Assembly: GCA_002633005.1 (NCBI GenBank)
Contig: NMRA01000031.1
Location: forward strand, 1,318,858 to 1,382,857
Direction of reading: 5' to 3'
Length of the DNA stretch: 64,000 bases
Source: Phoronis australis
Lineage: Eukaryota > Animalia > Phoronida
Position numbers and translations under genes: made by a program. Positions 1 through 10,465 of the stretch are shown piece after piece. The first letter of the stretch is position 1, and each line of letters opens with the position of its first letter. Under the pieces are notes generated by a model. It was not told the DNA's origin. It was given only the letters and a program-made list of their open reading frames with translations, and ran no database searches.

Positions 1-16
1 CTGGAGTGTCTGCTTT

Positions 17-175
17 TTAGGCATTACCGGTTTTCTTGGGAACCTGGGGCCGCAGTCCCTCTTTTGACTCTTCAGCTATGTCTGACTCTTCAGCTATGTC
101 TGGTCTGACCACAGGGCGCGCTTCAGCCAAGAGACTTCCTCCGAGGATGGAAATGAGAAGAAAGAACGCACTCAT
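17..175 (-). CDS. Signal-peptide-bearing exon of a secreted protein; the gene probably continues off the left edge
   Basis: Minus strand reads MSAFFLLISILGGSLLAEA|RPVVRPDIAEESDIAEESKEGLRPQVPKKT: hydrophobic core plus an A-x-A cleavage site. Acceptor ttcttccag lies just upstream (exon edge 201). A likely donor G|gtaatg is at 28/27; otherwise TAA at 19-17 gives 52 aa. Confidence 0.5.
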   Translation of the reverse strand: MSAFFLLISILGGSLLAEARPVVRPDIAEESDIAEESKEGLRPQVPKKTGNA

Positions 176-697
176 AGCGTTGTCGTGAGATGTATACTTG
201 ACTGGAAGAATAAAAGATCAAAACACTACAGAAAATTCGTAGATCTTAGAGAAGAAACACCATTTTAAGCCTTTCGGTATGGTACTTTGTCGTTTACTCT
301 AAAGAGTCAAAGTTACGAATGTCTTATGTCTATAAAGATATTTTGAAGCAAGCACACATCAATATTTTTGAAAAAATAAATGTTATAATCAAAAAACTAC
401 AAACCTTTTTCAACCGTAATGAACTTGATAATTCTTTTACTGAATTCGCTCTTTGACTTCGATTAAGCAACGTTGAACTTTAACGATTTCACGCTGTCGT
501 TTGTTCTTTGTGACGTCAGCGTTGAATGACGTAACCACATTCACAGTCGCCAAAATAGAGATTGGTCAGATACAAAACAAGCTGCCGATTTTCCAATTAA
601 AAATGTATGGGGACGTCTGTAAGTGCCACACGATCGTACTTGAAGTTCAAAAACTCCCCTATTTGTTTTAAAAATCTATAACAGAAAATAAGTTTCA

Positions 698-966
698 CAT
701 GCGCGCACCCGGGGGGTGGGGGCTCAAGGGCTCAAGCGAGCCACCCCATTTGGCGAAATGGGAAAAAAGATTCGCCTCAGAGAAACAAAAAGTCCGAGAA
801 AACGAGAGAATAGTATACAGGAATTCAGCACGAATGCACAATTCTCATGGTCTGAACGTAGTACTAATTTTTGTGTTTTTTTGTTTGGTTCCCGTTTCAG
901 TTTTCAGTAAATGGTCTACATACTGGAATATTCCAGCCCCCATATTTCAGGTTAGGTGTGCGCATA
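698..966. mobile_element. MITE-like dispersed repeat, family A, copy 1
   Basis: Colinear similarity to 56686-56957, with imperfect inverted termini catgcgcgcacc...ggtgtgcgcata. Confidence 0.65.
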
Positions 967-2748
967 TTTCATGAAGTGAAAGACATCACGCACTAGGTAC
1001 AAATTTCCCGAGTTTACATCGGTATGAACAACTATGGTGGCCATTTTGTTGACGCACCATTAAAAACTGCAGGAACCGAGACATCCATTCTGTTTATGCT
1101 GAATACAGCTACGAAGTTGTTTCAAACGGAGAGGTGTCTTTGAACATTGCGTAATTATCCATGCAAACCGCACACTTAAACTTCAGCATGAGCAAAACGC
1201 AGTATGAAAAACAATTAAAAGTTAACGTCTTTTGGATATTCCAATTGGTAATTGAAATGCTTATTAAATTAACACGTTAATTACCGTTCCACGCACGAGC
1301 AATTCTACTGGAATAAATCGTAATTACCAAGAGAAGACGTAAATGTTGTGTGACGGATTTCGTGGGTCCTTAATTAACATAGCGGGCGGCACCGAGAAAA
1401 GTAAACACTAGCAAAAAGTCCAAATATCTTTGAAGAGGGAAATGCACAGAAAGTAACTGCAAATATCAAAAAATGACGAGTAGAAACAATCTTCTTTGAA
1501 AGAAGAATAAAGGAAACTTTGCATCATCTTTCACTGTCAGCCTCAATAATTTAGACCTCTGTCTTCAGGAGCCGGTGCAATGTGGACAGCGACTTATAGG
1601 AATCTCCCATTACTCTGACGGATATTTTTTGCGGATAGCAGGGGTGAACCTGTCCATCACAACTGGCAACAATAAGTCTTTATTGTCTTATTGACGTAAT
1701 ATTTCCTATCATATTATCTTTATTATGAGCTCCTCTTTGACTAATGATATTTTCTAATAATAAAACTAAAAACCGAGGCCTTAATTCAGTCAAAATGTTT
1801 AGGGACAGCACAAGCACAACCTGTTTTCACAAGCCCATAAATACGTGGTAGATTTAGGCAACTTAGTTGAGTTGGGGTAATGAAATAGGCCGCTACTGGA
1901 TGAAATGTCATGGACTAAAACTGATGCATTCTCAATCAGTCGTGACTCCTGGAATTGAATCCTCCGTGGAAAGTTATTCTGGAATAGTTTTCCCGAATAA
2001 ATATGAAATATGTCATGATGAATGTTTTAGCCAAAAATGATTCAGTAAAAAGCCTTTGTTACCCGTTGATAAAAGTTTTCCAATGAGCTTTGATAGCCGC
2101 GGGTACATATCTGGTATATAACATTTGTGAGCTCCAACAAAAAATCGCGAGAACGCTTCACATAAAGATAAGCTGTTATCTGATCTCAGTTGAAAACCGC
2201 TTTTGTTTGGAGTTGTTTACACAGGAGGATATTTGAAATAAGTTCATGTAGGCCGGACACATTGGCAAAACTACTGCTTTTTAAGAATCAGAAGTTGTTT
2301 AGTAAATCATATACGTTTCAGCTATTGCGTTTATTTTGCACTGGAATTAGTCAGAGAGAGGTGTCCGGCAAGTCCTAAATATCCACCCTTTCGAAGCCAG
2401 CCCAAGTAATAGAATACAGAGATCACGTGCGAGAGTTGGCATTCCAGGGCTAGAGTTCCATTGTCCAATGCACACACGAACGAGATGCCTCAGTCATAGA
2501 TAAATACGAGTATTTAATCAATGACCCAGTCGGCGCCATCCTCGCCTCGCTGTTCGCCATTCTGGTCGTCTGGTTGTGCCCGTGAACCTCATGGTGTAAG
2601 GAAACCGATCGCCTCGAATCACTCAGCACTCAGTGTTTTAAATGAGGACTGAGTTGTATTCGACACAGAGCTGAACAACAGCACAATACGCCCGACATCT
2701 TTACACTGACGATAAGTAGACTGAAGTGGAGGTTTGCGGCCGAAAAAG

Positions 2749-5700
2749 ATGGCTGACGCGGAAAACCACAAAGAACAAGTAAGCAAAGGATGTTCAAACT
2801 TACACCCTTATAGCCGAAAGTGACTTGACGTTTTGGTGAAAATTAGAGTCATGTCTTGCGTTGTCTTGTAGATCCATGCACTTGGCGTACGTACAGCACC
2901 TTAAGACGTGGTAGGCGTATTTCCCTTTTCCGAGATGACTGGACAGTTGCCCCATGGCCTTGTTTTAAGTGCCCGCTTTCTGATGTTCAAATGTGGGCAA
3001 CTCATTTAAAGTCTGATACTTCCTAACCAGCATTCATATCGTCTCATGTCTCACAGTATTTATGCAGTCCCAACGCTTTTAGGCTCAAACTGAAAAGGAA
3101 TTGGGCAATGCGGCATACAAGGAAAAGAAATTTGAGGAAGCTCACGGACATTATGACAGAGCTATTAAGCTAGATCCGACGAACATCGTATTCTACACTA
3201 ATAAAGCAGGTATGGAGAATGCTTTTACTCCCCTGATCAACACTGTTTGCTTTTCTTCATTGTTGAAGTTAAAACTGCGTTTCCTCCAGTTTATCTGGCT
3301 AAGAAATCACAGCAGGCTCGATAAACGAGCTGCGGGCTGCAACGAGACCTGAAATTTGGAAATACAATTTCAGGTTGTGCCCTACTATCATTAGTCACTC
3401 CTGTGGTTTAAGTTAGACATTCTGTTAACTAAACTTTGCAAAGCTGCAGGTTAATTGGGCCACCTTAAGCAGTTGCCTATTCTGGAAGCATTCTTAGTTC
3501 TTCCACCATGAAAATGTAGGCCAACTTTGAACAACAGATCAGGTGATTATCGCCAAGATGAGCTCTCTTTGGCAGACTGCTTAAGGTGGACATTGAGTCT
3601 TCCGTGAAACCAAATGATGCATCTCGGCAGTGGGGTCATCGCCGAGGTGTTCCTTGTAGTTCACAGTAGCCAATACTCTCAGTCCTTTAATATACTCTAG
3701 GCAGGGACTCTTCACCTTTGTTGAACTCATTTGTACCCAGGTAAGCCAACGAAATTAAAAAATTCAGTTGTGCAAGTCCCTGTATGAATGCTACTCCCCT
3801 CAGTCAAGCACATCTGAAGGCATGGGAAACTGGTAAAGCGGTCCTTTTTGAAACCTAAACACTGACATCAAGAACTAGTTAAAAAAACTTGCCAACATGG
3901 ATAATTCGAGACCTGAAGACTGTTGGCTAATTCCACTGAAAGAACACATTTGACGACGCATGTGCTAAAGGGCTTGTATAGACAGTCGTGTCTCGGAAGT
4001 GAATTCAGCTTTATGATGAATCAACTTTGGGCAAATTTGAAATGTATTAGAACAGAATGTTTTGTTCCAAGCTGGATTAGTCTATGGGAAACTAGTGAAG
4101 CAGTGCATTTTCGGAACCTAGACACTGGCATCAAGAACCATGTAAAAATACTTGCAACATGGAGAATTCGAGACCTGAAGACTCTTGGCCAACTCCACTG
4201 AAAGAATGACATTTGAAGACGCATGTGTTAAAGCGCCAGGAAAGACAGTGGTGACTCAGATGTGAATTCAGCTTTATAGTGAATCAACTTTTGCCAAATT
4301 TGAAGTGTATTAAAACACTATGTTGCATCCCAAACTACGTAACTTAATATTTCAACTAACTAGTACAGTTTACACTGCTCTGGACAACATGACCGTCCCT
4401 CTTACTAACACGTGCAAACGAACAAATTCACTGCCACGGCATTGCCCGTAAGGTTTTCTAAATTCACAGAACCCTTTTGATTATTCCCTTTTATATTGAA
4501 TCAACCTAGACCCATGGCATCTGAGGTCGATACCCCAAGTGCCACTGATATTGGCCCCCTCTCATCACTTGCCCTTATTTGTTACCAGTGTCTGTTGAAC
4601 ATCTCTGGCTACGACAGTGATTGCGACATGACACATCGGGTTATTTCGACATCACGAAATGTTGTAGTCCAAAACAAGTGTTCTTGATAACCTTGCTCGT
4701 TTTTCAGCTGTCTACTTGGAGCAGAGCAAATTTGGGGAGTGTATCAAGATATGTGAACAAGCTGTCTCAGTGGGCCAGAACAACCAAGCAGACTGCAAGT
4801 TGATAGCCAAGTGAGAATTGTTCTGAAGAGTCCTAACATGAGTTGTTGCAGACTTGCCTGTAGATGGGTTTTAAATTCTTTTGAGATAGGACCTTATCGC
4901 ATGGGATTCTTTGGAGACAAAAGTACAACCGTGCAATGGTATTTGCCTAGATCAGAAGTTTAATTAAGGCAATTAAGCTCATTGATGCCAACTGTACCAA
5001 GAAATTGCTTGTAATACAGAAATTACGAGAATAGCAACTGCATTGTAAAATTGTTGAATTGACCAAAAACTTGGTACTTAGAACTGAGAAAAGAGAGAGA
5101 AGGAACTTTACATTCTAAGCATATGTCAGGAGCTTGTGGCAGAGACTTGTGCAATTTTTGTGACGTTAATGAATGAGACACGTTCTCGATGTATTCGCAG
5201 GGCCTTTGCACGGATGGGAAAATCATACCAGCGACAGAGTGACTTGAAAAATGCATTGCTGAATTTCAACAAATCATTGGCAGAACACAAGACCCTTGAT
5301 GTAGAGAAATTAGTGAAAGAGGTAAAAAGTGATGTGGAGTTAATTAAGCCACACAATTCAGTAATGTTTGGCTAGGAGTGGGTGATTGACCGGTGTCAGA
5401 TGACCACTGGTGTAGGAGTGGATCACTGGCCGATGTCTGAGGACCACTGGTGTGTGCTGGTAGAAGTGTACTGCAAGCTCCTAAATTTCACATTTTAATA
5501 TCAATTGATTTAAGTTGACTATTAGTTTGTCATATCTACTGGCAATTTAGTTCATAACTGAACACCTGATTATTAAAAACTGTACGGAGAATACGAGAGA
5601 GTGTCTGTGAAGCTATCTACTTACAGGAAATATCGTCAAATAAACAAATTTGGGACTGTGAACATTTCTGAAGGCCACGTGAATAGAACAAAGGATAATT

Positions 5701-8700
5701 CTTTTATAATCCTGTTATATTTCGTCACATATGTGAAGGTAGCAAAACTGTCAACCAAAGCCAACCATATAGGGCGGGCACTGGTTACAGTCGGGCTAAA
5801 AAGGACGACATGCAACTTTAGTGTATGAGATGTTGCTATCCATGTTATATACGAGAAAGAGGAGTTGGTCTTGATTATAGTTGAAATGTAAGGTTTCCTA
5901 TATGCTTCAAAGATGAAGTCAAAGAATTTTCCTATTTGTCTCTGTCTCTGTATATCAAATAATTGTTTGTTTGTGATAGATTTCAGAAGAGGAGCTGCGT
6001 CGGCTGGATGACGGAGAAACTGAGCTAGCATGTTCACTTAAAGAACTGATAAAGTCGGAAGGAGGGTCAGCGTCAGCTGGGACCATCTTTGTCAAAATGG
6101 GCAATATTCATAAAGAGCGGGCTTTGTTGACAAAATGTGTCCAACATTGTGTTACTGCTTCCGCGCTGTATAACGCTGCTTTAATAAGAACAAAGGATGG
6201 AGAGTTAGTTGAGGGCCTTGAGGCGACAGTAAGAGAAAATGAACAAGCATTTTGTGACCTATTGTCATTGCCTGGGAATAAAGTTCCCGTTGATTACAAG
6301 ACAGATACAAAAAATAGGTTGGACAGTATCAGAAAAAGAGTTTCACCAACACCCGAAAAATTATTGGAAGATTATAACAAGGCACTCCAGTTAGATCCAA
6401 CTGAAACTGAGCGTTTGTCATTGGAAAAAGAATTTGTAGAGGAAACTAGGCGAGTCTTTAAAGACATGTGTTCTGATATAATTTCTCTTGATGGATTTCT
6501 TATGACAAAAGCGGAGGAAATATTAGGGCCACCTCCACAGGAGTACGCAGCTATAGCCATGGGGTCTTTAGCTAGAGGAGAGGCAACGCCGTTTTCGGAT
6601 CTTGAGTGGGCAATTCTTATTGAAGATGAAAGTAAAGACCTTGAGTACTTCCGAAACTTGGTAAGACTTGTGCATTTATTTGTTTTAAATTTTGGAGAGA
6701 CATATCTTAGAACCATGAGCATCAAATCACTGAATGATTACTACACTCCTGGTGGGAATTGGTTTGTGGACGACGTAGTGGCACGTGGATTTGAATTCGA
6801 CAGTGCTGCCCCCTATGCGTGCAAGACCCCATTAGGACGAGCAGACAGACCAGAGAGACCAGGTATAGAGTTGATCAGAACACCTGAAAAGATGGCCGAG
6901 ATATGTGAATATGATACAGCATTAAAGGAAGGCTACATATTTGATCGCGTTCTGTCCACTACTGTGAAGCTTCATGGTAGCCATGATGCCGACCGTCTTG
7001 TGAAAGAATTTAAAGAAAAGAGGAAAAAATATAAAGCTGATGACCGAGTACTTAAAAAAGTGCATGTGGAAGTCATGGAGATACTTGGGCAATTCAGACC
7101 ACAAAAAATGCTTGTTAACGACATGGTTCATGACATTAAGCAAGATATGTTCCGATTGCCTACTGTGGTCATGAGCTTGTTAAAGACACTGTTCGGCGTG
7201 GACAGTGAATTCACATGGGACGTTTTGAGGGAACTGGAACACAACAAAATGTTGACAGAAGATGGTTGCCACAATTTACTGGTGGTTGTGTCCATTGTTG
7301 CTCTCCTGAGGCTAGTGATGTACTGTCAGAAGTCTTGTCAAGGGGAGTTGTTATCTTGGGCACCGCAGACCCTTGAGAGCGGTGATGCAGACTCCAAGAC
7401 AGTAACCCGACTTTACGGATACAAACCTATACTCATTCGGTATGCTTACACCGTTTTCCCGTTTGCTGAATGTATTGGTCGTATAGATTTCAAGACCATT
7501 TGTGAATCAAAGAAGCTGGGCGGTGTTTTCTATGATCGTAATCACTTTAACATTGCTTTACTAGAGGAGAAATTCATGTGTTTTGATGAATCTCGGCGTA
7601 ACTTCATTAAACACATTAAGAACATTTCGGATAATGCATGTGCGAAGGAAGCGAACAGGGAATGTTTCCTGAACATCAAATATGGACCAGACGGCGAGGA
7701 TGTTTCCTGCTTCGTTTACGACTTCACTGTTCTGTTGGCCTTACAAATGATCTCAAGCACTTACTTCCATGAGGGTATTTTCCAAAAGGCGTTAGAGTTC
7801 TGCAGATATGCGTCGGAAGCCATTACTAAGCAAGGTAAACCAAACAGTTCATCTGCACCAGGTCTCGATTTCGTTGAAAAGCATCAGAAATTATTTTCAG
7901 CAGACATCTTGCAGTGTGCATGTCAGGCCTATTATAGATTGGGCGATTACAACTCAGCTCTAGATTACGCAAACCAGTCGTTGGAAGTTTTCGAATGTCT
8001 AAGCGACTCTCTGGACAAAGTGAACAGTATAACAATGATTGGCACAATTTACAAGGCTATGGGCGAGTATGACAAAGGTATGAAGTTCTTAGAGGATGCA
8101 TTGAGTTTGCTAAACAACTGCGAGGACTTCCCTTCTAAACTACTGAAATATCACATTATTCATGTCAAGGGTCTTGTTCATGAAAAACGTAGAAATCACG
8201 ACGTGGCACTAGAAAGTCATAAAGAAGCGTTAAAAGGCTTACAAAAGATCTGTGGATACGGGGACCATTTCCAAATTGCGTCTGGTTTGCGAAATGTTGG
8301 AAGCGCTTACGCTAATAAGGCCGAGTATAAACTTGGGTTGAAATATTTTAACGACTCGCTAAGTATGAGTAAAACTCTAACTAAAGGGGAAGACCATCTT
8401 CTTACCATGGGATTGTTACGTAACATTGGAAACTTGCACCTGAGAACTGGTGAGATCGAATTAGGATTTAAAGTATGTCAGGAATCCTTAGATATGTGTA
8501 GTCGGATTTTTGGTGATGTTCATCCTGAAAGAGCAGAGTGTTTGTTGAAATTCGGTGTGGCGTGTGGCAAAGGCGGGAAACACGAATTGGCTTTGGAAAG
8601 TGTCAAGAAGGCCTTGCACATTTGGAGAAAACTCCTTGGTGATGTAGACCATCCCAACATTGCTAAATGTTTAGAAAACCTAGGGTTATCTTACTTCAAT

Positions 8701-8865
8701 AGGATGGAGTACCAAAATGCCTTGTCTCATTCTCAACAAGCATGGGATATGAGAGTTAGAATTTTCGGATACTCGCAACGTTATAAAATAGCTCGTTTGC
8801 GAGAGCTTATTATCTGGTGCTTAGCGATATGTGCATACAAAAACTATCTAGTATCCTGTACATGA
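2749..8865 (+). CDS. Chimeric HOP-TPR2A / DUF294-like nucleotidyltransferase / TPR-array protein, copy 1 (complete, about 1088 aa)
   Basis: Exons 2749-2778, 3083-3209, 4708-4810, 5201-5321, 5980-8865. All introns are GT-AG with compatible phases (0,1,2,0), total 3267 nt with an open frame. Exons 2-4 read AQTEKELGNAAYKEKKFEEAHGHYDRAIKLDPTN...TNKAAVYLE...LIAKAFARMG...NKSLAEHKT (STIP1 TPR2A-like). Exon 5 has GSLARGEATPFSDLE and C-terminal TPRs. Confidence 0.88.
3083..5321 (+). other. STIP1/HOP TPR2A-like domain encoded by three small exons (copy 1)
   Basis: The spliced peptide aligns without gaps, from memory, to human STIP1 [49 protein letters not shown]...QIAKAYARIGN...NKSLAEHRTPDV. Confidence 0.88.
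6541..7345 (+). other. Pol-beta-superfamily nucleotidyltransferase domain (DUF294/GlnD/GlnE-like) plus helical substrate-binding-like domain
   Basis: YAAIAMGSLARGEATPFSDLEWAILI fits the hG[GS]xxRxE-x4-SDx[DE]hhhh signature. Downstream are GFEFD...CKTPLG...ELIRTP, then DIKQDMFR...TWDVLREL...LLRL, resembling the DUF294_C/GlnD helical domain. Confidence 0.75.
7740..8790 (+). repeat. C-terminal TPR array (kinesin-light-chain/nephrocystin-3-type, roughly 7-8 repeats)
   Basis: Recurring units such as DHFQIASGLRNVGSAY...EYKLGLKYFNDSLSM, HPERAECLLKFGVAC...ALESVKKALHI and DHPNIAKCLENLGLSYFNRMEYQNALSHSQQAWDM. Confidence 0.85.
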
Positions 8866-9419
8866 TGTAACATGATGTGTACTTTTGTATTTATATTTAT
8901 GTTGGAGTTCTGTATATTCTCCGTACTGTACGGTAGAATTAGCTAGTATTTTAGTTCTGTATTTTCATTTTGTAGATTTTAAATGTGTTGGATAATACCA
9001 CTTGTGCTAACGTTTCATTGTTAAATCTCACCGACTTTTAAATAAAGATTATTACTACTCAGTACTACAGGATGATCACGTGAAAAGCGCCGGAGTCACT
9101 AAAGCATCAAGCAGTCGAAAAGAAAAAAAAGAACAACTAACGTTCTCTGCTCCTCTCGGCATTTTTTTCCACTAGGTGCCTCACCACCACATTGAGCGAA
9201 CTTCATTTTTTGCCAACTTCACCAAGCATGCCGCCATCCGGCCCCATCTCATTTTTACGATAGGCCTATGCCTCGTTCCCCTTATCTTACAAGAAAATAA
9301 GCATTATAATTAAATCTGTAAACAAGTTAACATTTGATTTAATTTCAATACACAAGCATTAAGGCACAACCGGAGAAAAGCTTTTTCCCGGAAATATAGT
9401 TCAAATTTTTCCCGTCTCA

Positions 9420-9745
9420 ACGGCCGACGAAGGACGACGGGAAAAACAAAAAATATTGCCCCATTTCTGCACATGCGCATTAAGGTACCTCGGCAAAAGT
9501 TTTTCCTGGGAAAGGTTTTAACCTGGTTCCCGGGCCTCACAAGATGACGTCACGGATAACTTGTGAAGGCCCAGGTACAGGATACTAGAACGATGGATTT
9601 CATTGGCTGTCAGCTGGCAATTTTTAACCAGGAAGTTGGTTCTGCGCATGCTTACATCCGGTAATACGTTACTAGGTCGCTAGGTGTCGCGAAAGTAAAA
9701 GTTATTTTGCGAGTTGCGTTTGCGGTCGGAACTGTGGTGAGGTAG
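9420..9745 (+). promoter_or_regulatory. CpG-rich putative promoter / non-coding first exon
   Basis: Cluster of a CRE (tgacgtca 9545-9552), NRF1-like gcacatgcgca and tgcgcatgc, reverse CCAAT (attgg) and ETS-like caggaagt, ending in a donor-like gag|gtagct near 9741, just before a 1-N contig join at 9774. Confidence 0.3.
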
Positions 9746-9850
9746 CTGTTTATATTGTTATATTATCAACAAANATACACTACATGTAGTGTATTGGGGA
9801 CGATCAGAAGCTGAGGACGCCTGTGCGTGCCGCTAGGTGGTCATTAGCGA

Positions 9851-10008
9851 TGTAGTAATAGCCGAGATTACCCGACCCGGGGATCGAACCCGCGACCCCC
9901 ATAAAACCGGCAAGCGTGCTAACCATTCAGCTAATACTAATAGGCAATTGCCCGTTAGCGAGTAGCTAACAGAGGCTCATATAATTCACCGGAAGCGCAT
10001 CTACAACA
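9851..10008 (-). mobile_element. Short solo-LTR-like element containing a tRNA-like Pol III promoter
   Basis: TGTAGTA...TACAACA termini with a 4-bp direct repeat GCGA on both sides (9847-9850, 10009-10012). Minus-strand A box TAGCTGAATGG (9933-9923) and B box GGTTCGATCC (9890-9881). Confidence 0.65.
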
Positions 10009-10207
10009 GCGACATTAGCCAGCGTGCTGGCTATGCACGCAGGGAACCATCGAGGTACTTGTAGATATATCTGCGGGTATTTGACGTTGTTATGTTATAC
10101 ATAGGCTGTCGGCAATTTTCGCCTGGTTTCGAAAGTATAGTGGTGATATTGTCCCAAGTCGAAACTTCTGACATGCCACACCTTTGGCCACCATGGTGTT
10201 AATACGT

Positions 10208-10465
10208 GGCTGCATGTTTTCTAGCCTGCCAGCTAGCTGTATGTTGTCGTCAAAATACGGCTAGGTACCACAGTGTGTATTTCTTCCGTAGACCCCGAAA
10301 TTGCATGCAGCCACAGCCAAGGTAGTATTTATGTATATACAGCTTAATTTGTACCAAGGCTACATGTTTTCTAGCCAGCCAGCTATAGCTGTATATTGTC
10401 GTCAAAATACAGCTAGGTACCACTGTGTGTATTTCTTCCGTAGACCCCGAAATTGTACGCAGCCA
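10208..10465. repeat. Local direct duplication of about 110 bp
   Basis: catgttttctagcc...gtcgtcaaaatac.gctaggtaccac.gtgtgtatttcttccgtagaccccgaaattg occurs at about 10213 and about 10362. Confidence 0.8.

Noticed and set aside
1599-1608. NF-kB site (GGGAGATTCC on the minus strand) upstream of copy 1
   Set aside because: A single degenerate 10-mer is expected by chance in a window this size, and no counterpart was identified upstream of the other copies.
1977-2000. Heat-shock element upstream of copy 1
   Set aside because: The two TTCnnGAA units are not in the 5-bp register of a canonical HSE.
3083-5321. A genuine full STIP1/HOP gene
   Set aside because: Only TPR2A is present, and the next in-phase exon encodes an unrelated NTase-TPR region, so no STIP1 symbol is assigned.
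6541-6630. cGAS-like receptor (Mab21) or OAS assignment
   Set aside because: The GSxxRxE-x4-SD spacing and the downstream helical domain fit GlnD/GlnE/DUF294 better; no Mab21 or OAS C-terminal motifs were recognised.
6372-6725. Conserved 117-aa antisense ORF repeated three times (also 13895-14248 and 18012-18365), plus 73-aa ones
   Set aside because: Shadows of the duplicated sense exon, with no independent evidence.
9860-9940. Functional tRNA gene
   Set aside because: A and B boxes are present, but there is no convincing acceptor or anticodon stem, and it is embedded in a TSD-flanked element.
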